DNA from: an uncultured Verrucomicrobiota bacterium
Lineage (GTDB): Bacteria; Verrucomicrobiota; Kiritimatiellia; JAAZAB01
Assembly: GCA_964650945.1 (NCBI GenBank)
Contig: CAZYXU010000001.1
Coordinates: 32,474 to 96,473 of the forward strand
Direction of reading: 5' to 3'
DNA: 64,000 bases
The notes under the pieces: generated by a model
Told to the model about the DNA's origin: nothing
Seen by the model: the letters and a program-made list of their open reading frames with translations, nothing else
Database searches by the model: none
Translations under genes and position numbers: made by a program
Shown here: one piece after another, positions 25,760 through 34,580 of the stretch
How positions within the stretch are numbered: position 1 is the first letter of the stretch
Layout: each line of letters opens with the position of its first letter

Positions 25760-27339
25760 GCTTTCAGTTCCTGTAATCCGGCGGCGATCTCGCGTTGCGC
25801 TTCTTCGATGATGGCCGTCAGTTCCGCTGGGGTCCGCTTGTCGGAGAGGTCCGGGGCGTTGTCATTATTGGCTTTGATGTCGAAGTCCCTGGACTTGATG
25901 GTCTCGGCGTCCACGTACCAACTGCGCTCGCTGATGCGGCGTGGGTCGTCGGCCGGCAGGCGGATGCGTTCCAGAAAGTCCCCGAAATTGGCGTAGGTCA
26001 GGGGATTGGATTTGTTCACCTTGCGAGGCGTGAAGTCGTCCTTCAGGGTCATGTCGTAGTACCAGACCCGCTGTGTGGCCCGGCCCTTGGTGAAGAAGAG
26101 AAGGTCGGTCTTCACGCCCGCACCGGCATTCACGAAAACGCCTTGGGGCAGACTGACGATGCACCAGAGGTCGCACTCGTCCATGAGTTTACGCTTCGTC
26201 TGCCGGTAAGCCGCGGTTTTCGTGTGGAAGAGGACGCCCTCGTCAATCACCATACCGCACGTCCCGCCCTCGGCCAGCGCGTCGATGATGTGCTGGAGAA
26301 ATAGAATCTGCGCCTTGCCGCACTTGAAGGCGAACTGCGCCTGGGCGTCCTTGCCTTCCTTGCTGCCGAACGGGGGATTGGTCAGAACGTAGTCGAACTG
26401 GGACGGCGCGCCGGTGAACAGGTCGGCATAGGTGGGTGTCCCGGTCAACGTGTTGCCGTGCCAGATGCGCGGCAGGTCAATCTCGTGCAGAGCCATGTTG
26501 GCCAACGTGATCGGGATCGCTTCCGGCGCGTCCTCCCGGCCCCAGAATGTTTCGGTCTTCAACTCCTTCATCTGCGTCGGCGTCGGGCGCTGTTGCAGCA
26601 GGTGCTTGTACGCCTCGATGAGAAAGCCGCCGGTCCCGCAACAGGGATCGTACACGGTCTTGTCGAGACGGGGATTGACGACGTTGACGATAAGCCGGAT
26701 CACCTCGCGCGGGGTAAAGAATTGTCCGCCGTCGTTCTTCTTCTCGCCGAGGCTGGGGAGCAGCCCCTCGAATGCCTGCGAGATCGGAAACATGTGCTGG
26801 GCGTCAATCGTCCCGGCGGTCAGTGCGTGGACGCGGTCCAGAACGTCGAGAAGATTTGTCTGGCTGGCGACAACCGTTCGCTCCTTGTTGGCGAAAATCT
26901 CCCCGATGATCTTCTGTTTCGCACTGGTGCCCGCCTTCTCCTTCAGGCCGATCAGGAACGGGAACAACTCCCCGTTCACAAAGGACAGAAAACCGTTGAG
27001 TTCGGCCTTCGTCTCGGTTAGCTCGTAGCGCTTCCACCCGGTAAAGGCTTTACCTTTGCCGCCGGCGTGCTTGTCGAATGGGGCGGCCCAGTCACGCCAG
27101 CGGTATGGCGGCGGGATGGATTCATGGTAAGGTTTTTTGACCGCCAGGGCCTTGGCAGCCTCCTTCTCCTCCATCATGTCGAGGAACCGGAGAAAGAACA
27201 TCCATGTCAGTTCCGGCACGTATAGCCGCGCCCCCTTGGCCTTGTCGCGGCGCAGGATGTTGCAGATGCCCTTGACCGCCTTGTCCATGCCGGCCTGGGT
27301 CGAGATGGTTTTACCGTTGTTCTGAAGACGATTTTTCAT
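25756..27339 (-). CDS. hsdM: Type I restriction-modification system, DNA methyltransferase subunit
   Basis: HsdM_N region, DPCCGTGGFL (motif I) and NPPFG (motif IV) of N6-adenine MTases; 527 aa. Confidence 0.9.
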   Translation of the reverse strand: MKNRLQNNGKTISTQAGMDKAVKGICNILRRDKAKGARLYVPELTWMFFLRFLDMMEEKEAAKALAVKKPYHESIPPPYRWRDWAAPFDKHAGGKGKAFTGWKRYELTETKAELNGFLSFVNGELFPFLIGLKEKAGTSAKQKIIGEIFANKERTVVASQTNLLDVLDRVHALTAGTIDAQHMFPISQAFEGLLPSLGEKKNDGGQFFTPREVIRLIVNVVNPRLDKTVYDPCCGTGGFLIEAYKHLLQQRPTPTQMKELKTETFWGREDAPEAIPITLANMALHEIDLPRIWHGNTLTGTPTYADLFTGAPSQFDYVLTNPPFGSKEGKDAQAQFAFKCGKAQILFLQHIIDALAEGGTCGMVIDEGVLFHTKTAAYRQTKRKLMDECDLWCIVSLPQGVFVNAGAGVKTDLLFFTKGRATQRVWYYDMTLKDDFTPRKVNKSNPLTYANFGDFLERIRLPADDPRRISERSWYVDAETIKSRDFDIKANNDNAPDLSDKRTPAELTAIIEEAQREIAAGLQELKA

Positions 27340-27359
27340 TTCAGAGTTTCCGCCAGCAC

Positions 27360-27527
27360 TCAGGCTTCCGTGGCGCCGTATTCCGCCGGTTTCTCAGCCA
27401 CAACCAAACGCTTTCGGCTGGCACAGCGCTTCTCGAACTGCTCGCGCGCCTCCCGCAGTTCCTTCGTCATCAATTCCGGGTGTCCATAGTATCGCTTGGA
27501 CAATTCCGTTCGGATGTCGCGCATCAT
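27360..27527 (-). CDS. Small basic hypothetical protein (55 aa from MMRDIR; the ORF extends to 27584 and overlaps the PIN gene's 3' end)
   Basis: Open frame 27360..27584, placed between the PIN gene and hsdM. No family recognised; start choice uncertain (27527 or 27554). Confidence 0.35.
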   Translation of the reverse strand: MMRDIRTELSKRYYGHPELMTKELREAREQFEKRCASRKRLVVAEKPAEYGATEA

Positions 27528-27537
27528 CCTGACGCAG

Positions 27538-28005
27538 TCAAATGTCTTTTTCATTGAGCACCTCCCTGGGTGTGCGAATATCAATCAAACCGTAACCTTC
27601 CTTCAAGTTTACGGAATTGTATAGTCGGATGCGGTTTAGATTCACGATGTGCTTGAAGTTCCAACTTACCAGAACATCCACTCGTGCCACCGTCGCGGCG
27701 GCGATGTGCAGTCCATCCGCCACGGTTGCCGGCGTCACAATGCCATCGCGGAGATAGGCATCGGCCAAGGCCAGCGATTCATTTGTCTCGGGCAATATCT
27801 CTCGGCGCTCCACGGGCATATCCTCCACAATCTCCCGCACTCGTCCCGGCGCTTGCCGTAGTTCCCGGATCGTCAGTTCCGACAGCACCATCTTCTTGCG
27901 CCCATGCCGAAACTCCCCCATCAGGCGTACCGACCATTCCTTGAACTCATCCTCAAAGCAACCTCCGATCACTGACGTGTCAACGTAGATTCGCATCTTG
28001 TCCAT
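27538..28005 (-). CDS. PIN-domain protein (VapC-like putative toxin/ribonuclease)
   Basis: MDKMRIYVDTSVIGG (first conserved Asp), E at about 40, VADGLHIAAA (third acidic), SWNFKHI and a C-terminal acidic residue: the PIN fold signature. Starts 15 nt after the HTH gene stop. Confidence 0.75.
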   Translation of the reverse strand: MDKMRIYVDTSVIGGCFEDEFKEWSVRLMGEFRHGRKKMVLSELTIRELRQAPGRVREIVEDMPVERREILPETNESLALADAYLRDGIVTPATVADGLHIAAATVARVDVLVSWNFKHIVNLNRIRLYNSVNLKEGYGLIDIRTPREVLNEKDI

Positions 28006-28020
28006 CCATATTGCTGAAGG

Positions 28021-28425
28021 TCACACGGCCAACGCCTTTGCGCGCCGGTCTAGATCGGGCGAGTGGAGTTTCCGCACTTCCTCGATGAATTCGTCCAGTT
28101 CCTTCTCGGTCAATTCCGCGCCGCGGACCGTCCGGAAGAAGACCGGCAGTTTCGCGAGCAACTTCTCGTCGCTCATGATCTCCCGTGGAATCTGGCCTCG
28201 GGCGATATCCGCCTGATCCATGAAGTCCTGCCACTCGGATGACTCCGGCTTCAGGCCGAGCGCCTTGGCCCATTTCGCCAAGGTCTTCGTGTCCTTGGGC
28301 GGCGGATTGACGTTCCGCTCGATCTTGCTCCAGTTGCTCGGATCAACCTCGTTCTCGGCACAGAATTGCCGTAGCGTCCTCCCCTGCGCGATCCGCTTGT
28401 CTTTAACGAGTTCGCCGAATGTCAT
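28021..28425 (-). CDS. XRE-family helix-turn-helix protein (putative antitoxin/regulator), 134 aa
   Basis: AGGAGG RBS 8 nt upstream of the ATG; ELVKDKRIAQGRTLRQFCAENEVDPSNWSKIERN is a classic HTH_3 motif, with a 70-aa C-terminal domain. Confidence 0.75.
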   Translation of the reverse strand: MTFGELVKDKRIAQGRTLRQFCAENEVDPSNWSKIERNVNPPPKDTKTLAKWAKALGLKPESSEWQDFMDQADIARGQIPREIMSDEKLLAKLPVFFRTVRGAELTEKELDEFIEEVRKLHSPDLDRRAKALAV

Positions 28426-28497
28426 GGTAAGGTCCTCCTGTTGCTTCATCCGTGGTGTAGAATAAACCACATGTGGTAGGAATGCAACCACAAAATA

Positions 28498-29718
28498 CTA
28501 CCCGAAATCGAACGCCTCGCGCAGGATCGCTCCGGGCAGGGCGGAAACAGCATCTCGTTCGTTGGCCGAAGCCGCTCTGATCCTGCTTATGGCCTTCCGT
28601 TGCCTTTCGACGTCTTTCACAATGTTTTCCTGGTCGTCAATAGTGGGCGGTATGGGTACCGGGTAGTCACGCATGAAATCCGCAGGCACCCGCTGTTGCC
28701 CCGCGCTGCCATCGAATTTCGCCTCTGCAGCATCGCGGAATTCGCGAGTTCGCACCAGAAACAAGAGCCATTCTCGCCGAATCCCGGGCTTGGCCCTCAA
28801 GACGTGGAATTCGGTTGTGCCAAAACCGAAGCCTTTGGTCAAACCCGTTGCGATCGCCGACTTTCCGTTCTGCATACATGGCGTTATTTTCGCAAACAAC
28901 ACGTCGCCCTCTTCGAAATAGGTGTAGCCCTTCGCGACTGACGAGAGAGGTTTCGTAATTCTCGTTGCGATCTGCCCCAGAGTCTCGTCTATGGCGTCCA
29001 TTGGCACAAAACTGACCATGGCATCTGCCTTTTCTGCGCCAAGCGCCTTGCGACGCGGATTGATGTCGGCCATCTTACCCAATGGTACTCTCATCCATCC
29101 ACTAGGCAAACGATCTCCTCGTCCCGTGTGCAGGGCGTTGCGAAGAAACGCGCATTCGAGCGTTGCCGCTGCGTCTATCTGTCTCTCCGACGCCCGCCGC
29201 ATGGACTCGACCTTGCTTAACTTCCGCTCCAGTTCGGCAGCGAGACTGTCTCTCGCTGCTTCCTCACGTGGGACAGGAACGCAAAGGCGTTTCAGTTTCC
29301 GAATGTCGGCTCTGGGCATCCGGCCGCCCGTTGAATACTTCACCGCGCAGTCTATGACCTGCTTCGACTGGAGAGCGGCTGCAAGAAAGGCGCGGGACAC
29401 CCCGGCGGCTGGTCTCAATGTGAGGATTTCCATACAGCATTTTCCAGGTATATCCGGCAGGAATACCTTGTCGAGATAGGGGCGCAGTTTTCCGTATAGG
29501 ACGTGAGTATGGTCGAAACGGAAGCATGTGCTCTCCGCCTTGGCGGGAGACTCCGAAATGAACCGGCGCGTATGCGATTCGATATTTTCCAGACCTACAA
29601 ACGGCAATCCGGCGAAGTCGGGGTCACCCGCTTGGACTTGGTTTCGCTCTTCCTCGAAGAGATTTCCCAGTTCCATCCATTGCCAGTCTGGGGGTAGTTG
29701 TCTGGCTGTTGAGGTCAT
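28498..29718 (-). CDS. hsdS: Type I restriction-modification system, specificity subunit (two TRDs)
   Basis: 406 aa with two target-recognition domains separated by a conserved central helix (LAAELERKLSKVE...) and C-terminal helix repeats. ATGA overlap with the hsdR stop. Confidence 0.85.
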   Translation of the reverse strand: MTSTARQLPPDWQWMELGNLFEEERNQVQAGDPDFAGLPFVGLENIESHTRRFISESPAKAESTCFRFDHTHVLYGKLRPYLDKVFLPDIPGKCCMEILTLRPAAGVSRAFLAAALQSKQVIDCAVKYSTGGRMPRADIRKLKRLCVPVPREEAARDSLAAELERKLSKVESMRRASERQIDAAATLECAFLRNALHTGRGDRLPSGWMRVPLGKMADINPRRKALGAEKADAMVSFVPMDAIDETLGQIATRITKPLSSVAKGYTYFEEGDVLFAKITPCMQNGKSAIATGLTKGFGFGTTEFHVLRAKPGIRREWLLFLVRTREFRDAAEAKFDGSAGQQRVPADFMRDYPVPIPPTIDDQENIVKDVERQRKAISRIRAASANERDAVSALPGAILREAFDFG

Positions 29719-32111
29719 GCCAGCAGCCTCGCCTTGGTTTCCTGAATCACGGCCTGCGGCGTGAGCGGGAGGCGCAGGAGCGCGTCGAAGCCGCCTTGCT
29801 GAACGACCTCGTCCACGTCGAACAGATGATGGGTTTCCAGTTCCTCAATGCCGCCCTTCTCGAATTGGCGGGCAATCGCCATGACCACGCCGGCGGAGCG
29901 GTCCGGGAATTGCCGCAGCCAGGTCTTGTTCTTATACCCGAAGGCGGCGACGCGCTCCGGGCGCGAGCGGGCGGGTATGCCGTAGCCGAGATTGACCAAC
30001 ACGTCGAAAAGATCGCACTCCTGCTCTTCCTCGATTTCCCGAATGAGCCGGATCGCGCCTTCGCCGCCCGGTAGGGCGGTGATTAACTCCCGGCGGCGGG
30101 CCGGTTGAATCCAGATGGTGCGCAGGGCGTCCGCCGTGGGCGCGGTCTCGGTGAGTTGCGCGGCAAGGCGCTGTTTGTAGGTCTCCAGCGGAACCAGGAC
30201 TTCCTTCCCGTCCTCCTCGCATAGGATGGAATGGCCGGCGCCGTCAATCTGGACCGTGAATTGATCCTGCCCTACGCGAATGATCTTTCGCTTGGGCGTG
30301 TCGGATTTGCCGTAGCCGGGCGTCGGGGATTCGACGCCTTCGGCCGGTTCGTCGGTCGGGGAAGACGGTTTGGCGCGGCTGACGAAGGGTTGCCCGAAAA
30401 GGCGGGCGGCGTTGGTGTAGTCGTAAACGCGGAAGAGCAGTTTCGAGCCGCGCGGTTCGCCGGTGCGCGTGCCGCGGCCCACCATCTGGTAGAACATGAT
30501 CGGCGATTCGATGTATCGGAAGAAGACCACGTTGGCGCAGTTGGGTATATCCACGCCGTAGCCCAGCAGATCGACCGTGGCGGCGATGAAATGGGAGTTC
30601 TTCGATCCCCGGAATTCGGGGATCAGTTTGTCGGCGGATGGCCGCAAGTCCGGGTTGCCCGTGCATTGGAAGGCAAACCACTCCTTCGGCGTGCGCCCGT
30701 TGTCCCGGCACCATTGCTCGTACAGGTTGTTCAACTTGATCATCACGCGGTTGGCGTGGCTGTCGCGGGCGCAGAACAGGATGGTTTTCTGGTGAGGCCC
30801 GCCGGAATCGAGCAGGAGCTTAAACAGGTCTTCGCACATGGCGTTCACACGGTCGTCCAGCATCAGAATGCTGTCGTAGTCCGTAGCGGTATACTTGTCT
30901 TCGATATCGCCGGGATTGACCGGCTTACCGGTGAAGGGGTCCACGGCGGACCGCGTCTCAATGTCTTTTCGCGTGATCTCCTTCTTGTCCAGATCAACGG
31001 TCCGGCGGATGATCTCGCACGCGGCGAGATAGCCGTCATCCTGGCCGGTGGTCATGGCGTACTCGTAGACCGGTTCGCCGAAATAGTTGACGTTGTGTGC
31101 GGTGATGGTCTCGTCCGTCATCCGGGCCGGCTGCCCCTTTTTGCCCCCGACTACCTTCCGGGGCGTGGCGGTCAGGCCGATATGCACGGCATCCGGGTTG
31201 TCCTTCAGAATCACGCTCCACTTGCTCCACGCCGACCGGTGGCACTCGTCAATGACGATGTGACTAAAGAAACCGGGCGGGTAGTTCTGTTTCCAGAATA
31301 AGGGTTCGCTGTCCTCCGCCGTGACATTGAGCGTCTGATAGGTCGCCACGAGCACCTTGGCATTGCGGGCCGGATCCTCGCTGGTGACGATCTTCGCATT
31401 ATCGCCGAAGATCGCGTGCAACTTGCCCATGCCCTGGGTGCGGAGTTCATCGCGGTCGCAGACGAACAACGCGCGTTTCAGCATGCCAGCCTGGGCCAGT
31501 TTCCAGAGCAATTGAGCGGCTAGGACCGTCTTGCCCGTGCCGGTAGCCAGGGACAGAAGCGCCCGATTTCCGCCGCCGGCCAGCTTCTCCAACGTCGCGC
31601 GGATTGCCGCATCCTGGAAGTACCAGCGGGCCGCCTCGCCGCCCTTGTACGGCATGAAAAGCGCCTTGGCCGCGTCGGTATCGAGGGTGATTCCCCGCAA
31701 CGCCTCGTAACGCGCCTTGAGTTGTGCGGGAGTCGGGAACTCAGACAGCGGCCGGTTCTCGATAATCTGACCGGTATCCTCGCCGTATTCGGTGAAAAGG
31801 TGGCCGTTCGTGGCAAACACAAACGGCACATTGTACTTCCGCATGTAGTCCTTCGCTTGTTGGATGCCGAGGGACGGCAGTTTGTCCTCGGCTTTGGCCT
31901 CCATCAGGGCGATTGACAACGGCGACTTGCCGGCATGGATCGGCAGGCACAGAAGGTAATCTGACCGCCCCTTCCGCTTGCGGGGCTTCCCGTCCACGAT
32001 ATCCGCACCGCCTGGAGTCTTCTCTTCCCGGACAAGATCGTCCGTCCATCCGATCCCGTCCAGAACCGGATCGATCAACTCCACCCTGGTCAGATGTTCA
32101 TTCCGTGGCAT
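29715..32111 (-). CDS. hsdR: Type I restriction enzyme, R (endonuclease/helicase) subunit, short EcoEI-like form
   Basis: HSDR_N-type N-terminus (LIDPVLDGIGW...SIALMEAKAED PD-(D/E)xK), Walker A SLATGTGKT, DEAH box VIDECHRS, helicase motifs, and an EcoEI_R_C-like C-terminus; 798 aa. Confidence 0.85.
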   Translation of the reverse strand: MPRNEHLTRVELIDPVLDGIGWTDDLVREEKTPGGADIVDGKPRKRKGRSDYLLCLPIHAGKSPLSIALMEAKAEDKLPSLGIQQAKDYMRKYNVPFVFATNGHLFTEYGEDTGQIIENRPLSEFPTPAQLKARYEALRGITLDTDAAKALFMPYKGGEAARWYFQDAAIRATLEKLAGGGNRALLSLATGTGKTVLAAQLLWKLAQAGMLKRALFVCDRDELRTQGMGKLHAIFGDNAKIVTSEDPARNAKVLVATYQTLNVTAEDSEPLFWKQNYPPGFFSHIVIDECHRSAWSKWSVILKDNPDAVHIGLTATPRKVVGGKKGQPARMTDETITAHNVNYFGEPVYEYAMTTGQDDGYLAACEIIRRTVDLDKKEITRKDIETRSAVDPFTGKPVNPGDIEDKYTATDYDSILMLDDRVNAMCEDLFKLLLDSGGPHQKTILFCARDSHANRVMIKLNNLYEQWCRDNGRTPKEWFAFQCTGNPDLRPSADKLIPEFRGSKNSHFIAATVDLLGYGVDIPNCANVVFFRYIESPIMFYQMVGRGTRTGEPRGSKLLFRVYDYTNAARLFGQPFVSRAKPSSPTDEPAEGVESPTPGYGKSDTPKRKIIRVGQDQFTVQIDGAGHSILCEEDGKEVLVPLETYKQRLAAQLTETAPTADALRTIWIQPARRRELITALPGGEGAIRLIREIEEEQECDLFDVLVNLGYGIPARSRPERVAAFGYKNKTWLRQFPDRSAGVVMAIARQFEKGGIEELETHHLFDVDEVVQQGGFDALLRLPLTPQAVIQETKARLLA

Positions 32112-32255
32112 TCAAGAGGCTCCAAATATGCCATTTTCATAACACGAAACCTTCCAGAAAGAAAGATATATTTCGTATGTGGACGGGTTGATCTTATGTT
32201 GGCCCGGAAGTATAAGATTGATTGCATCGGTTAAAATTGGTATGGTGCCAATGTT

Positions 32256-32474
32256 ATGGCAAGTACACTCCAGATTGAGAGCATGTCACGCGCGGAAAAA
32301 CTCCAGGCAATGGAGGCCATTTGGTCCGATTTATCCAAAGATGAAGCCAACGTGGAGTCTCCTCCATGGCACGCTGACGTTCTCAGGGAAACCAATGCCA
32401 GGGTTGCCGCAGGTCAGGAGCGCATAGCAGACTGGGAAACGGCCAAGCTGGAACTCCGGAAACGGTTTGAATGA
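32256..32474 (+). CDS. Addiction-module antitoxin (putative addiction module component family, 72 aa)
   Basis: MSRAEKLQAMEAIWSDLSKDE...PPWHADVL...AAGQERIADWE pattern of the TIGR02574-type antitoxins that partner RelE/ParE toxins. Confidence 0.75.
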   Translation: MASTLQIESMSRAEKLQAMEAIWSDLSKDEANVESPPWHADVLRETNARVAAGQERIADWETAKLELRKRFE

Positions 32475-32611
32475 GGATCAAAATCCTGTCTTCAGCCATG
32501 GAAGACTTACACGCCGGGCGCCTGTTTTACGAGATGCAGGCGGAGGGAGTAGGCGCGTACTTTTTTGATTCCCTGTTTTCCAACATTGACTCCCCCGTTG
32601 ATCCAGAATAG
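32471..32611 (+). pseudogene. Truncated RelE/ParE-family toxin remnant (46 codons; about half length)
   Basis: ATGA overlap with the antitoxin stop. MRIKILSSAMEDLHAGRLFYEMQAEGVGAYFFDSLFSNIDS resembles ParE N-termini, but the frame stops after 46 aa, directly followed by the RBS and start of gap. Confidence 0.45.
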
Positions 32612-32625
32612 TTAAGGAGGCAAGC

Positions 32626-33630
32626 ATGAGTAAAATAGCCATTCACGGATTCGGTCGTATCGGGCGCTCCACACTGAAGGCGGCCCTCAAGCGGAACCTC
32701 TTTGTGCCTGTCGCCATTTCCGACATCAAGGACTTGCCGACACTGGCCGCGCTGTTCGAGGCGGACTCCAATTACGGCCGCTGGAGCGAAGCCGTTACCA
32801 CGAAGGACGGACACCTCGGGATCGCATCGCGCTCGGTGCAGTACATCGACGCAACCAAGTCGTTGCCGGACTGGGGCGCCTTGGGCGTCGAGCTGGTGAT
32901 TGACTGTACCGGACGGGCAACGACCCGGGCCGGCGCCCAGGCTCATCTCGACCGCGGGGCCAAGCGCGTCCTGATCAGCGCGGCAAGCAAGACGCAGCAG
33001 GATGCAGACGCCGTCCTGCTGCCCGGGATCAATCTGGACCAGTTCGATCCGCTGCGGCACCGCATTGTGAGCATGGCGAGTTGCACGACCAACGCCCTGG
33101 CGCCCGTGATCAAGGTGCTGCTGGACAATTTCGGGATCAAGTGCGGTTTCTTCTCGACCGTGCATGCCTACACGAACACCCAGGCGCTCACGGACCAACC
33201 CATGCGCGACCGCCGCGATTCATGGGCCGCCGCCGAGAACATCATCCCCTCGTCTTCGGGCGCAGCGCGGGCCCTGCAGTTCATCTGGCCGGGGTTGACC
33301 ATCACGGGGAAATCGTACCGCGTGCCGGTGCGCACCGTGAGCATCGCCGAGGTGAATGCGGTAACCGCACGGGCCGCCGGCGCGGAAGAAGTCAAGGCGC
33401 TGTTCCGGGAGGCGGCCGCAAGCGGCCCGATGAAGGGTATCGTGGATGTGCTGGAGCAGGAATGGGCGTCTTCCCGGATTATTGGCGACGAGCACTCATC
33501 CATCATTGACCTGCCCCTGGTGCAAGTACTCGGCGGCACACTGGTATCAGTGGCGGCCTGGTATGACAACGAGATGGGATACGCCACTCGACTGGCCGAG
33601 GCGGCAGCCTGCTTGACCGCCGGCCGATGA
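32626..33630 (+). CDS. gap: Glyceraldehyde-3-phosphate dehydrogenase family protein
   Basis: AIHGFGRIGR NAD-binding start and ASCTTNALAP catalytic Cys motif; 334 aa. AAGGAGG RBS. Confidence 0.85.
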   Translation: MSKIAIHGFGRIGRSTLKAALKRNLFVPVAISDIKDLPTLAALFEADSNYGRWSEAVTTKDGHLGIASRSVQYIDATKSLPDWGALGVELVIDCTGRATTRAGAQAHLDRGAKRVLISAASKTQQDADAVLLPGINLDQFDPLRHRIVSMASCTTNALAPVIKVLLDNFGIKCGFFSTVHAYTNTQALTDQPMRDRRDSWAAAENIIPSSSGAARALQFIWPGLTITGKSYRVPVRTVSIAEVNAVTARAAGAEEVKALFREAAASGPMKGIVDVLEQEWASSRIIGDEHSSIIDLPLVQVLGGTLVSVAAWYDNEMGYATRLAEAAACLTAGR

Positions 33631-33689
33631 CACTGCCGCCTTGCTCAACAACTGCCTGGATATTTCCGGAACGCTGGCGAGGCAGTCAC

Positions 33690-33717
33690 CGGAATTTGAA
33701 CGGGATTTACAGGATTA
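33690..33717. repeat. 28-nt direct repeat copy 1 (CGGAATTTGAACGGGATTTACAGGATTA)
   Basis: Matches 33866-33893 at 24/28 positions; located just after the gap stop at the left edge of an about 40% GC islet. Confidence 0.5.
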
Positions 33718-33865
33718 CCTATTCGCTCTGAAAGAAAGATTTGATTTCAGCGGTCTTTTATGAATATTATGTACTAGGTGAAAATATGCGTGCGAGGGGT
33801 CGCTGCAAGGGGGCGGTCCCATAAAATGATGATCATGGCATGAAGGTGGTGGGCAGGTCAGGCAT

Positions 33866-33893
33866 CGGAATTATGACAGGATTTACAGGATTA
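33866..33893. repeat. 28-nt direct repeat copy 2 (CGGAATTATGACAGGATTTACAGGATTA), ends 5 nt before the PIN gene start codon
   Basis: See copy 1; 176 nt apart. Confidence 0.5.
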
Positions 33894-33897
33894 AAAA

Positions 33898-34329
33898 ATG
33901 TTGATTTATCTGGATACATGCTGTTTTAACCGTCCGTATGATGACCAGATGCAGATAAATGTCAGGCTGGAGACGGAAGCCAAGTTGTCCATTCAGGAAC
34001 ATGTGAAGCGAGGTAACCTGGATTTAGCTTGGTCGTTCATTTTGGATTATGAAATTGCCCAAAATCCCTTTCCGGAACGCCGGCTTGCAATCCATGATTG
34101 GCGTGGTTATGCGTGCAGGGATGTTGCGCAATCGGCCAAAATTGTTCATCAGGCAAAAATACTGTCTGAACAGTTGATTCAAACATTTGATGCGTTGCAT
34201 GTCGCTTGCGCGATGCAAGCTGGTTGTCAATATTTCATAACTGCCGACAAACGCTTGATTCAAAGATTGAAACATAATAAGGTAATCCATGTTGTTAATC
34301 CCGTCAGATTTGTCATGGAGGTGCTATAA
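33898..34329 (+). CDS. PIN-domain protein (VapC-like), AT-rich gene
   Basis: MLIYLDTCCF (N-terminal Asp), E about 26-30, FDALHVACA and ITADKRL segments fit a PIN fold. Gene GC is about 40%. Confidence 0.6.
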   Translation: MLIYLDTCCFNRPYDDQMQINVRLETEAKLSIQEHVKRGNLDLAWSFILDYEIAQNPFPERRLAIHDWRGYACRDVAQSAKIVHQAKILSEQLIQTFDALHVACAMQAGCQYFITADKRLIQRLKHNKVIHVVNPVRFVMEVL

Positions 34330-34577
34330 TGATCAGCGATACGCAAATACGTATTAAGGGCATGCAGGCGCTTACGGGCACTTTGGGTGATATCCAGGCG
34401 GAAAGGTTTATTACGCTTATGATTCGCGAACCATTTGATTACACCGAATGGCGACGTGATTTGTGGCAAGGTAAAAGCGTGGAAGAAATAAGCAATGAAG
34501 CCATGCGATACCGACGCACACACCGTTTGCGTAAAATCGGGTCCGCCAGGAAGACCGCAACTAAACGCAATAAATAA
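34329..34577 (+). CDS. Hypothetical 82-aa protein downstream of and overlapping (ATGA) the PIN gene; possible cognate antitoxin
   Basis: Start codon overlaps the PIN stop; basic C-terminus (RRTHRLRKIGSARKTATKRNK). No family recognised. Confidence 0.4.
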   Translation: MISDTQIRIKGMQALTGTLGDIQAERFITLMIREPFDYTEWRRDLWQGKSVEEISNEAMRYRRTHRLRKIGSARKTATKRNK

Positions 34578-34580
34578 CTC

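Noticed and set aside
33631-33900. Second att-like copy of the comM 5' end at the left border of the AT-rich islet
   Set aside because: I searched both strands for the about 48-nt comM 5' sequence or its divergent copy and found none. Only the unrelated 28-nt direct repeats are there, so a classical attL/attR pair flanking the islet is not supported.
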